Shown here in pieces: positions 38,513-46,902 of a DNA stretch of 64,000 bases. Position 1 is the stretch's first letter. The number at the start of each line of letters is the position of its first letter. The translations under genes were made by a program, and so were the position numbers. The notes beneath the pieces are model-generated. The model ran no database searches. It was not told the DNA's origin and was given only the letters and a program-made list of their open reading frames with translations. The stretch is from an uncultured bacterium (GTDB lineage: Bacteria > Actinomycetota > Coriobacteriia > Coriobacteriales > Coriobacteriaceae), in the NCBI GenBank assembly GCA_905215445.1, contig CAJMPZ010000003.1, forward strand, positions 387 to 64,386. The letters run 5' to 3'.

Positions 38513-41071
38513 ATGGAATTTTACGCAAGCTGCCCCGAGGGCTTTGAGTCCGCACTCGCCGACGAGCTTAAACGGCTCGGGCTTTCGCATGTACGCCGCC
38601 TGAAGGGCCGCGCTACGTTTGAGGGCGAGATCGAAGAAGGCTACCGCGCCTGTCTGTGGTCGCGCCTGGCCAGCCGCGTGTTTGTGGTGCTTGGGCGCTT
38701 TGAGGCGCAGGATGCCGATGCGTTGTACGACGGCGTTTACGACATTGCCTGGGAAAACATCGTCCGCCCCGGCGCCACCATTGCCATCACTGCCCGTGGT
38801 GTGACCGAGCAGCTGCGCAACACGCGCTTCTCGGCCCTGCGCGCCAAGGACGCATTGTGCGACCGCCTGGCCGAGACCACGGGCCGTCGCGCCGATGTCG
38901 ATGCTGCCGACCCCGATGTCCACCTGCTGCTTTCGCTGCGCCAACGTCGCGCGAGCATCAGCCTAGACCTTTCAGGCGACCCGCTGTTCAAGCGTCTGCC
39001 GCCCGCGGCGACCCGCGCTGGCGAGGGCACGCACGTGCTACGCCCCGACTACGCCGCCCTGGTGTTGGCGCAGGTCGGCTGGACCGCGCTGTGCGAGCGC
39101 GAGCTGACGGCCGACGACTACGAGAACGAGGCTCTACCCACGTTGATCGACGCCTCGTGCGCCGGCGGCGGCCTGCTGCTGGAAGCCGTGAATATTCTGA
39201 ACGACCGCGCCCCGGGCGCCGCCCGCGAGCGCTGGGGCTTTGAGGGCTGGCAGCTGCATGATGCCGACCTGTGGGAGCGGCTGCGTGCCGAGGCACGCGA
39301 GCGCGAGACGGCAGCGCGCGAGCGCCAGGCGCGCATCGTTGCCGTAGATGCTGACCCCGCCGCACGCAAGACCGCTGAGCGCATGGTTACGTGTGCCGGC
39401 TACAAGCGCTTTGTCGATTTTTGCGCCGCCAAATCTGCCACCGTACTGGACCACGCGGGCGCCGTCGCCGGTGCCGCCCTCGTCGCGGATACGACCGAGA
39501 CACCGCTGTCGCTTATGCATGACGCCATGACGCTGGTCGGCGAGCTGCGTCGCGCGCCCGAGCTTACCGCCGCGCCGGTCGCCGCCCTCACCCGCGACGG
39601 CCTTATGGCCCGCGCGCTCCATGCCGAGCCCGTGCGCTCCATTGCCGTCATGCCCAACAACGAAGAGGCGACTATCGAGGTTTGGCCCTCGCTCGACCAC
39701 GCCGCCGCAGCGTTTGAGGCTGCGACCAACGCAGATGCCGAGGAGCAGACCGCAAATGCCCAAGACGAAGCCGCCGACGCCCCCATGCCCGAGCCCGCCG
39801 CCACGCTCGACCTAGGCGACGGCAAGCCGCTGCCCGTGCTCATCCCCGAGTCGGAGCAGTTCGCCAACCGCCTGCGCAAGAACGCCCGCCTGCGTCGTAA
39901 GTGGGCCAAGCGCGAGGGCGTGAGCTGCTACCGCGTCTACGATGCCGACCTACCCGACTACTCCGCCGCCATCGACCTGTACGAGGGATGCCCGCAGACG
40001 CCGGGCCGCTGGCTCGTCATCGCCGAATACGCCGCGCCCAAGACCATCGACCCCGCGCTGGCCCAGGCCCGCATGCTCGATATCTTGGCCATCGCGCCGC
40101 GCATCCTGGATGTTCCGGCCGAGCACGTGCACGCCAAGGCACGCATGCGTTCGCGCGGCGGCTCGCAGTACGGCAAGCAGGGCGCCGGCAAGGGCGGCTC
40201 GGGCGAGCGCGCCAACATCGCGCGCCGTCGCCTGCCGCTCATCGAGGAAGGCGGTCTTACCTTTGCCGTCAACTTTGACGACTACCTGGACGTGGGCATC
40301 TTCTTGGACCACCGCGTCACGCGCGATCTGGTGCGCGAGCACGCCAAGCAGGCACGCCGCTTCCTCAACCTGTTCGCCTACACCGGCACCGCTACCTGCT
40401 ATGCGGCCGACGGCGGCGTCGAGGAAACCGTGACGGTCGACCTCTCCAACACCTACCTGGACTGGGCCGAGCGCAACATGCGCCAGAACGGCTTTGTGGG
40501 ATCGCAACACCACTTTGTGCGCGACGACGTGCTCGCCTGGATTCGCGACCAGCGCCAGACGCGCAACCGCTGGGACCTGATCTTTGTCGATCCGCCCACG
40601 TTTTCGAACTCGTCCAAGATGGGCCGCCGCACCTGGGATGTTCAGCGCGACCATGTTGAGCTTTTGGCCGGCGTATCGCGCCTGCTCGCACAGGGCGGCC
40701 ATGCCATCTTTAGCTGCAACCTGCGAGGCTTCCGCCCCGAGACACGCAAGCTCGCACGCGCGGGCGTGGTGCTACAGGACATAACGGCGCAGACCATCCC
40801 CGAGGACTTCGCACGCAACCAGAAGGTGCACCATTGCTATATCGTGCGCCGCCTGCCCATCGAGGACGCCATGGCCGAGGTCGGCTTTAGCGCCGAGGAA
40901 ATTGCCGAGCGAACCGAGGAGCTGCGCAACCCCGAGGCCCGCAAGCCCCGTGCGGCAGTACCCGCGCACGCGCAGGCCGGCAACGGCAAGTCCAACTTTG
41001 CCGGCAAACCCTCCCCCGCCGGCAAGCCCAAAAAGAAGAAGTTCTACGCCAGCAAGCCTAAGGGCAGATAA
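38513..41071 (+). CDS. rlmKL: Bifunctional 23S rRNA methyltransferase RlmKL (N-terminal half degenerate)
   Basis: THUMP region (CLWSRLASRV), FANRLRKN, CYRVYDADLPDY, GIFLDHR, LNLFAYTG, DPPTFSNS. Confidence 0.9.
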   Translation: MEFYASCPEGFESALADELKRLGLSHVRRLKGRATFEGEIEEGYRACLWSRLASRVFVVLGRFEAQDADALYDGVYDIAWENIVRPGATIAITARGVTEQLRNTRFSALRAKDALCDRLAETTGRRADVDAADPDVHLLLSLRQRRASISLDLSGDPLFKRLPPAATRAGEGTHVLRPDYAALVLAQVGWTALCERELTADDYENEALPTLIDASCAGGGLLLEAVNILNDRAPGAARERWGFEGWQLHDADLWERLRAEARERETAARERQARIVAVDADPAARKTAERMVTCAGYKRFVDFCAAKSATVLDHAGAVAGAALVADTTETPLSLMHDAMTLVGELRRAPELTAAPVAALTRDGLMARALHAEPVRSIAVMPNNEEATIEVWPSLDHAAAAFEAATNADAEEQTANAQDEAADAPMPEPAATLDLGDGKPLPVLIPESEQFANRLRKNARLRRKWAKREGVSCYRVYDADLPDYSAAIDLYEGCPQTPGRWLVIAEYAAPKTIDPALAQARMLDILAIAPRILDVPAEHVHAKARMRSRGGSQYGKQGAGKGGSGERANIARRRLPLIEEGGLTFAVNFDDYLDVGIFLDHRVTRDLVREHAKQARRFLNLFAYTGTATCYAADGGVEETVTVDLSNTYLDWAERNMRQNGFVGSQHHFVRDDVLAWIRDQRQTRNRWDLIFVDPPTFSNSSKMGRRTWDVQRDHVELLAGVSRLLAQGGHAIFSCNLRGFRPETRKLARAGVVLQDITAQTIPEDFARNQKVHHCYIVRRLPIEDAMAEVGFSAEEIAERTEELRNPEARKPRAAVPAHAQAGNGKSNFAGKPSPAGKPKKKKFYASKPKGR

Positions 41072-41074
41072 CAA

Positions 41075-41141
41075 AGTTGCGGTGGAATACGGACTGTTTT
41101 GCCTGGAATTAGGCAAATTTAGACCGTATTTCACCGCAACT
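41075..41141. repeat. Long palindrome or terminator between convergent rlmKL and kdpE
   Basis: AGTTGCGGTGGAATACGG ... CCGTATTTCACCGCAACT. Confidence 0.65.
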
Positions 41142-41165
41142 CATATTGGGATGGCGGGTGCCGTC

Positions 41166-41879
41166 CTACCCTTGGATGACCAGGCGGTAGCCGATACCCA
41201 CGTGCGTCTGGATATAGCGCGGGTGCGCGGGGTCGGACTCGATCTTTTTGCGCAGTGTGCCCATAAAGACACGCAGGCTCGCCAGGTCGCTCTTGGTCGC
41301 CGTACCCCAAATCTCGTGCAGGATAAATTGGTGCGTCAGCACCTTGTCGGCGTTGTGCGCCAGCAGGCACAAGAGCTTGTACTCGATCGGCGTCAGATGC
41401 AGTTCCTCGCCATCCATCGTGGCGATGCCGGCATCAAAATCGATATGCAGCTCGCCGGTATCGAACGAGCCCTCGGAGGCAACGCCGCCCGTTTGCGCAT
41501 ACGAAAGGCGCCTGAGCGTCGTGCGGATGCGCGCGAGCAGCTCCTCGACCGAAAACGGCTTAGTCAGGTAGTCATCGGCACCGGCATCGAGCGCTCGGAT
41601 CTTGTCCGCGTCCTCGCTGCGCGCCGAAACCACGATGATCGGCATGCCCGACCACGTGCGCACCGACTCCACCACCTTGACGCCGTCCATATCGGGCAGG
41701 CCCAGATCGAGCAGCACAACGCTCGGCGCCTGCGACGAAGCGGCGGCGATGGCGGCGTGGGCGGTCTCCACAGCCATATGGCGCAAACCGTGCGCCTCGA
41801 GCGCGGCGACGATAAGGTTGCGGACGGCGGGATCGTCCTCAACGACCAAGATGAGCGGTTTCACGGCAGAGTTCGGCAC
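41166..41879 (-). CDS. kdpE: KdpE-like OmpR-family response regulator
   Basis: VVEDD, LLDLGLPDMDG, KIRALDAGADDYLTKPF, HLTPIEYKLL, LRVFMGTLRKKIESDPAHPRYIQTHVGIGYR. Confidence 0.9.
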   Translation of the reverse strand: MPNSAVKPLILVVEDDPAVRNLIVAALEAHGLRHMAVETAHAAIAAASSQAPSVVLLDLGLPDMDGVKVVESVRTWSGMPIIVVSARSEDADKIRALDAGADDYLTKPFSVEELLARIRTTLRRLSYAQTGGVASEGSFDTGELHIDFDAGIATMDGEELHLTPIEYKLLCLLAHNADKVLTHQFILHEIWGTATKSDLASLRVFMGTLRKKIESDPAHPRYIQTHVGIGYRLVIQG

Positions 41880-41883
41880 AGCG

Positions 41884-43509
41884 CTACTCCTTATCAAACG
41901 AAACGTCGGCGGCGGGAAGCTCAATCGTAAAGACCGAACCGTGCGGGTCCGCCGCGGTAACCTCTATGCTACCGCCATGTGCCAGCGCAATGGAGCGGCA
42001 GAGCGAAAGCCCCAAGCCCACACTGCGGCAGCTGTCGGCCAGGCCATGGTTGGCGGTGTAGAACGACTCAAAGATTCGCTCGCGGTCCTCGGGCGCAATG
42101 CCCGGGCCATCATCAGCAACCGAGCACGCCACGTGCCCATCGTCGACGCCAATCGAGATCACGATATGCGAGCCCGCGGGCGTGTAGGTGATGGCGTTGT
42201 TCACCAGATTGACCACCAGCTGCACCATCAGGCGCGCGTCGACGTTGACAAGCGCCGGCTCATCGCACGCCACCACCTTAAGGTCGTGCTCGCGCACGGC
42301 CGGGTTTACGTGGCGCAGCGCCTCCTCGACGATATCGTCCATGAGCTCGAGCGTAGTCGACAGGCGCATACCGCCACCCTCGAGCTTGGTGATGGCGAGC
42401 AGGTTCTCGACGGTGGCGTTGAGCCATTGCGCGTCCGAGCGAATGGATAGGAGCATGCCGCGGCGTGTCTGGTCGTCGAGCACGGCCGTGCCGGTCGAGC
42501 CCTGGTCGAGCAACACGTCGGCATTACCCGAAATACTGGTGAGCGGCGTACGCAGGTCGTGCGAGATGGAGCGCAGCAAGTTGGCACGCAGCTGTTCGTT
42601 TTTGGCGAGCACCGCCGCTTCCTCGCGAGCCTCCATGGCGCGGGCGCGATCGAGCGCCAGCTCGCCTTCGCTCACGATGGCATCGGCAAGCGTCCGCTCC
42701 TCGGGCGTCAGCGCATCGGGCTCGGCGACAATGGCGAACACCCCCACCACCGAGGCGGGATCGCCCGCGCGCACCATGGTGTCGCCCGAGCGCACGGTCA
42801 GGTATATGCCGTAGAACGCCGAGGCGCCATAGGTGGCATCGAGCGGCGTTCCCACATAGGCGGACGCCGAGAGCCGCGGCGGCATCTGCGGCGCCAGCTG
42901 GTGTACCGGCGCGGCATCGCCCACGGCCGTGTACGTCGTGCGCGGCAGCAGGTCATCGTTATCGGCATCGGCGCTATACCACACGACCGGACAGTCCGAA
43001 AGACGCGCCAGCTGCGTTGCCATAGCATGCACAATCTGTTGCTGATCGCCGCACCGCTGCAGCATGCGGTTGGTCTCGAGCACCATCTGCGTGCGACGGT
43101 CGCTGGCGGCAGCCTGCGCCAAGGCGCGGCGCAGGGCCAGCGCAATCGAGCTCGACACGAGCGAGACCGCAAACATAATGAAGAACATGCCGGGATAGGC
43201 GCGGTCGATAAACGACAGCGCGTAGCGCGGGTCGACAAACAAGAAGTTGTAGAGCGCCACGGCGGCGGCAGAGCTCAGCAGGCAGTACAGGCGGCTCCAG
43301 GTAAAGAAGGCGCACAGCTGCACAGCGAACACATAGACGATCATGATGCTCGGCGCGAGCCCCGGATGGTCGAGCAGCGCGCCCACAATCGTCGCCGCAG
43401 CTAGCAGCCCCGCCGATACGCAGGCGTCATACAGAGGGCTGCGACGCGTCAGCGTTGTACGCCGCCACCAAAAGTTCTCGGCAATATCGCCGTCCGCACG
43501 GACGTCCAT
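41884..43509 (-). CDS. kdpD: KdpD-like sensor kinase lacking the N-terminal KdpD and Usp domains
   Basis: 4-TM region (YNFLFVDPRY), EQLRANLLRSISHDLRTPLTSI, NLVNNAITYTP, DDGPGI, GLGLSLC. Confidence 0.87.
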   Translation of the reverse strand: MDVRADGDIAENFWWRRTTLTRRSPLYDACVSAGLLAAATIVGALLDHPGLAPSIMIVYVFAVQLCAFFTWSRLYCLLSSAAAVALYNFLFVDPRYALSFIDRAYPGMFFIMFAVSLVSSSIALALRRALAQAAASDRRTQMVLETNRMLQRCGDQQQIVHAMATQLARLSDCPVVWYSADADNDDLLPRTTYTAVGDAAPVHQLAPQMPPRLSASAYVGTPLDATYGASAFYGIYLTVRSGDTMVRAGDPASVVGVFAIVAEPDALTPEERTLADAIVSEGELALDRARAMEAREEAAVLAKNEQLRANLLRSISHDLRTPLTSISGNADVLLDQGSTGTAVLDDQTRRGMLLSIRSDAQWLNATVENLLAITKLEGGGMRLSTTLELMDDIVEEALRHVNPAVREHDLKVVACDEPALVNVDARLMVQLVVNLVNNAITYTPAGSHIVISIGVDDGHVACSVADDGPGIAPEDRERIFESFYTANHGLADSCRSVGLGLSLCRSIALAHGGSIEVTAADPHGSVFTIELPAADVSFDKE

Positions 43510-43540
43510 CAGCGCCCCGCCCCTCTCTCAAAAACAAAAA

Positions 43541-43591
43541 CCACCACAAAGGGGACAGGCACCTTTGCGGTGGTTGCCTCCTTGTGGTGGT
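43541..43591. repeat. REP-like nested palindrome
   Basis: CCACCACAAAGGGGACAGGCACCTTTGCGGTGG...CCTTGTGGTGGT. Confidence 0.55.
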
Positions 43592-43645
43592 TTCAAGTGT
43601 ATAGCCTTTGCAGCCCGCAGTCGCTAGACAAACAGCAGACGTCGA

Positions 43646-45673
43646 CTACGGGCGCTCGTCGGGAGCCAGGCGCTGCATCTTGCTCACGGCCTTAAACTTG
43701 GTGAACAGCGGCACGTACTCAAAGCTCACGTTGGAGTTCTCCAGGCCGTACCAGCGCGCGGGGGTGCCGGCAGCGCGGCGGATGATGTACTTGAGCGTGA
43801 TGGCCGTACGCTCGCTGGGCTCCACGTCGCTTTCGGGCGCCAGCAGCTTGCGGATCATGACGAACTTAAACGTACCGATGTTGCCCGGATCCTTGTAGAC
43901 CGAGTAGTCGTGCGTCTGCGCCGGCAGCTCGCCGCTGGCAGCCAGGTCCTGAACAACCTGGCGCAGGTAAGCATTGACGCGCTGGTTGATCTTATAGCCC
44001 AGGTACAGATGCACGCGGAATACGTAGTCGGTGCCGAACGTCTCGACCGAGTAGGCAAAGGTATGCGGCTCGTCCATGGTCTCGACGTTCACGAACCACC
44101 AGGCACGAGCGCGCTTGGGGTGCTTGTCCAAAATCGAGTAGACGATATCGCGGTCGATATAGTCGGTGTTGGTGTCCTTGGTCAGGTACACGATGTTGTC
44201 GCTCACGAGCTCGTAGCGATCGTCGTCGCGCAGGCGCTTGAGCTGCGGCAGATAGCTGCGCAGCGGCAGCAGCGTAAACTGGCGCTGCTCAACCGCCGTG
44301 CCGTTGTACCAGCACACCATGATGCCCATGATGAGCGCGGCCATAAGGATGGTGAAATAGCCGCCGTGGAAGAACTTGGTGAGCGAGCTCACAAAGAAGA
44401 AGCCCTCGAGCATAAGGAAGAAGGCGGCAAAGATCCACGGCGCGACCTTGAGATTGCGCTCCACGTGCAGATAGAAGAAGAGCAGCATTGTCGTGCACAT
44501 CATGGTCAGGGTAATGGCCAGGCCGTACGCGGCCTCCATGTGCGCCGAGTTCTGGAACAGCAGCACCACGACGACGCAGCCCACGAGCATGACGTTGTTG
44601 ACCATGGGGATGTAGAGCTGGCCCTTGGTCTCGGCAGGATAGAAGACCTGCATATGCGGCATGAGGTCCAGGCGGCTGGCCTCGGACACCAGCGAGAATG
44701 CGCCGGTGATGAGCGCCTGCGAGGCGATGATGGCCGCGACGGTGGAAAGGCCGACGGCAAAGGGGCGCAGACCCGGGGCGAGCATCTGGTAGAAGGGGTT
44801 GAGGTCGGCGATACCCATGAGCTCCGGGTTGCCGGCGTTGTTGATAAGCCACGCGCCCTGGCCCATGTAGGACAGCAGCAGGCAGCACTTAACGAACGGC
44901 CAGGTGGCGTAGATGTTGCCGCGGCCCACATGGCCCATGTCGGAGTAGAGCGCCTCAGCACCGGTGGTGGCAAGGAAGCAGCTGCCCAGAATCATGATGC
45001 CCGCGTGGTTGTTGGGGCTCAGCAGAAAAGCGATGCCACGCAACGGGTTGAGGCACAGCAGCACCGCGGGATACTGGCAGACAAAGAACAGGCCCGTGCC
45101 GCCCAGGAACAAAAACCACAGCGTCATGATGGGGCCGAAGGCGTGACCGATCTTGGCCGTGCCGATGCGCTGCACCAAGAAGAGCGCGATGATGATGGCA
45201 AGCGTGATGGCGACGACACGACCCTGGTCGTCACCGAGCACGGCATGGACCGCCGGGATGGTGCGCAGGCCCTCGATGGCCGTGGTGACGGTAACGGCAG
45301 GCGTCAGGATGCCGTCGGCGAGGAGCGCCGCGCCGCCCAGCATGGCGGGGATGATGAGCCACTTGCCGCAGCGCTTGACCAGGCTGTACAGGGCAAAGAT
45401 GCCGCCCTCGCCGTGGTTGTCGGCGCGCAGCGAGATCAGCACGTACTTGACGGTCGTCAGCAACGTGACCGTCCACACGACAAGGGAGAGCGCGCCGAGC
45501 ACGAACTCCTGCGTGACGCTTCCGATGCCGCCGTTGCCAGCAACGAGCGCCTTGGTTACATACATGGGGCTGGTGCCGATATCGCCATACACCACGCCCA
45601 GCGTGACGAGCATCGCCGAGATGCTCACAGGAATCGCAGCGTGCGAGGCTACTTCCTTTGCCTTTTGTTCCAT
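43646..45673 (-). CDS. kup: KUP/HAK/KT potassium transporter
   Basis: LGVVYGDIGTSPMY, ADNHGEGGIFALY, DGILTPAVTV, TGAEALYSDMGH, IIASQALITG, AAYGLAIT. Confidence 0.96.
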   Translation of the reverse strand: MEQKAKEVASHAAIPVSISAMLVTLGVVYGDIGTSPMYVTKALVAGNGGIGSVTQEFVLGALSLVVWTVTLLTTVKYVLISLRADNHGEGGIFALYSLVKRCGKWLIIPAMLGGAALLADGILTPAVTVTTAIEGLRTIPAVHAVLGDDQGRVVAITLAIIIALFLVQRIGTAKIGHAFGPIMTLWFLFLGGTGLFFVCQYPAVLLCLNPLRGIAFLLSPNNHAGIMILGSCFLATTGAEALYSDMGHVGRGNIYATWPFVKCCLLLSYMGQGAWLINNAGNPELMGIADLNPFYQMLAPGLRPFAVGLSTVAAIIASQALITGAFSLVSEASRLDLMPHMQVFYPAETKGQLYIPMVNNVMLVGCVVVVLLFQNSAHMEAAYGLAITLTMMCTTMLLFFYLHVERNLKVAPWIFAAFFLMLEGFFFVSSLTKFFHGGYFTILMAALIMGIMVCWYNGTAVEQRQFTLLPLRSYLPQLKRLRDDDRYELVSDNIVYLTKDTNTDYIDRDIVYSILDKHPKRARAWWFVNVETMDEPHTFAYSVETFGTDYVFRVHLYLGYKINQRVNAYLRQVVQDLAASGELPAQTHDYSVYKDPGNIGTFKFVMIRKLLAPESDVEPSERTAITLKYIIRRAAGTPARWYGLENSNVSFEYVPLFTKFKAVSKMQRLAPDERP

Positions 45674-45796
45674 AAGCCGGTTTCCTCCCAATTTTAACGT
45701 TCGACGGGATTATAGGTAATCAGCCCATATTTTAATGGCACCGTTTTCCCAGCTAGATAAACATTTATGCGGCCTTTAGGCCACCGCGGCGATATG

Positions 45797-45830
45797 GAAT
45801 GTGACAAAGGGACGCCCCTTTGTCACATTC
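45797..45830. repeat. REP-like palindrome
   Basis: GAATGTGACAAAGGG-ACGC-CCCTTTGTCACATTC; relatives at 6408-6438 and 11314-11343. Confidence 0.7.
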
Positions 45831-45831
45831 G

Positions 45832-46704
45832 TCATTTTCCGAGCCAGTTTTTGAACCACCACTCCATGGAGCGGCTCATCTCGGTCATAAAGGGACTGGT
45901 GTGCTTGCGTGTGTAGATATCCACCACGCGCTCGCCCACCTCGCGGGCGTGCGGGCGAAACATCGCATCCATCTCGGCCACCTGCGCATCCATCGTCGCG
46001 GCGTCGGCGCGACAATAACGCTCCTCGTGCACCAGGTTCACCACGGGATGCGCGATTGCCGGGCGCTCCTTACGGGGCGTGCCGATGATGAGCATCGACA
46101 GCGGCATGGTATAGGCAGGCAAGTCCAGCAGTGCGGCAACTTCCTCGGCGTTCTCGACGATATCGCCGATATAGCAGCTCCCCAGCCCCAGGGCCTCGGC
46201 GGCAACCACGGCGTTTTGGGCGGCGATCACGGCGTCCTGGGCCGCGATGGCAAAGTCGCCCAAACCCGGCGCACGACGGGGCGACTTGCCCGTGCGCTCG
46301 ACAAACTCGGGCTCAAAGCAACCCACATGCTCAAACAGATCGATCCACTTGGCATAGTCGACTACAAATATGAGTGCCCAGGGCGCCTTGGCGATCATGG
46401 GCTGATGATCGCACAGGTCGGCCAGGCGGTCCAATGTGGCCTGCTCACGAATGCTCACGATGGAATACATCATCATGGCGCCTGCCGACGGCGCACGGCT
46501 CGCCGCATGCAGAATCGCCGCCCGCTGTTCGTCGGTCACCGCCACGGGACGGTCATCGTCATCACGCGCGAAGGCACGCGTAGACGAGCGATGCTCCAAG
46601 ATGTCCAGCACCGCGTTGCCCGTAGTCTCGACCGGATAGCCGTATGTATCCACGACCGCAGCTCCGTCGCTGCCCATGTCCGCCTTGCAAACCTGCTCGC
46701 TCAT
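45832..46704 (-). CDS. Nitroreductase (NfsA/NfrA-like)
   Basis: HRSSTRAF, RAPSAG, QDAVIAAQNAVVAAEALGLGSCYIG, LVHEERY. Confidence 0.9.
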   Translation of the reverse strand: MSEQVCKADMGSDGAAVVDTYGYPVETTGNAVLDILEHRSSTRAFARDDDDRPVAVTDEQRAAILHAASRAPSAGAMMMYSIVSIREQATLDRLADLCDHQPMIAKAPWALIFVVDYAKWIDLFEHVGCFEPEFVERTGKSPRRAPGLGDFAIAAQDAVIAAQNAVVAAEALGLGSCYIGDIVENAEEVAALLDLPAYTMPLSMLIIGTPRKERPAIAHPVVNLVHEERYCRADAATMDAQVAEMDAMFRPHAREVGERVVDIYTRKHTSPFMTEMSRSMEWWFKNWLGK

Positions 46705-46902
46705 CGCCCTACCCTCGCCATTTCTTTAAGAAGCCTTTACGTTTCCGTGTAATTCCCGTCCATTATCGCGCAGGTCGCCGCTACATTGCGCAACACCGCC
46801 ACGCACGCGCGTTATTATGGCTGGTTGTTGTGCGCAGTCACCAAATGCAGCGCATATCTTGGTAACAATCGGGTAAACCCCCGCTTTCGTAGGTTTTAGT
46901 TT

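Noticed and set aside
45674..45800. c-di-AMP (ydaO) riboswitch upstream of kup
   Set aside because: The predicted leader after the -10 element is too short and no ydaO consensus is visible.
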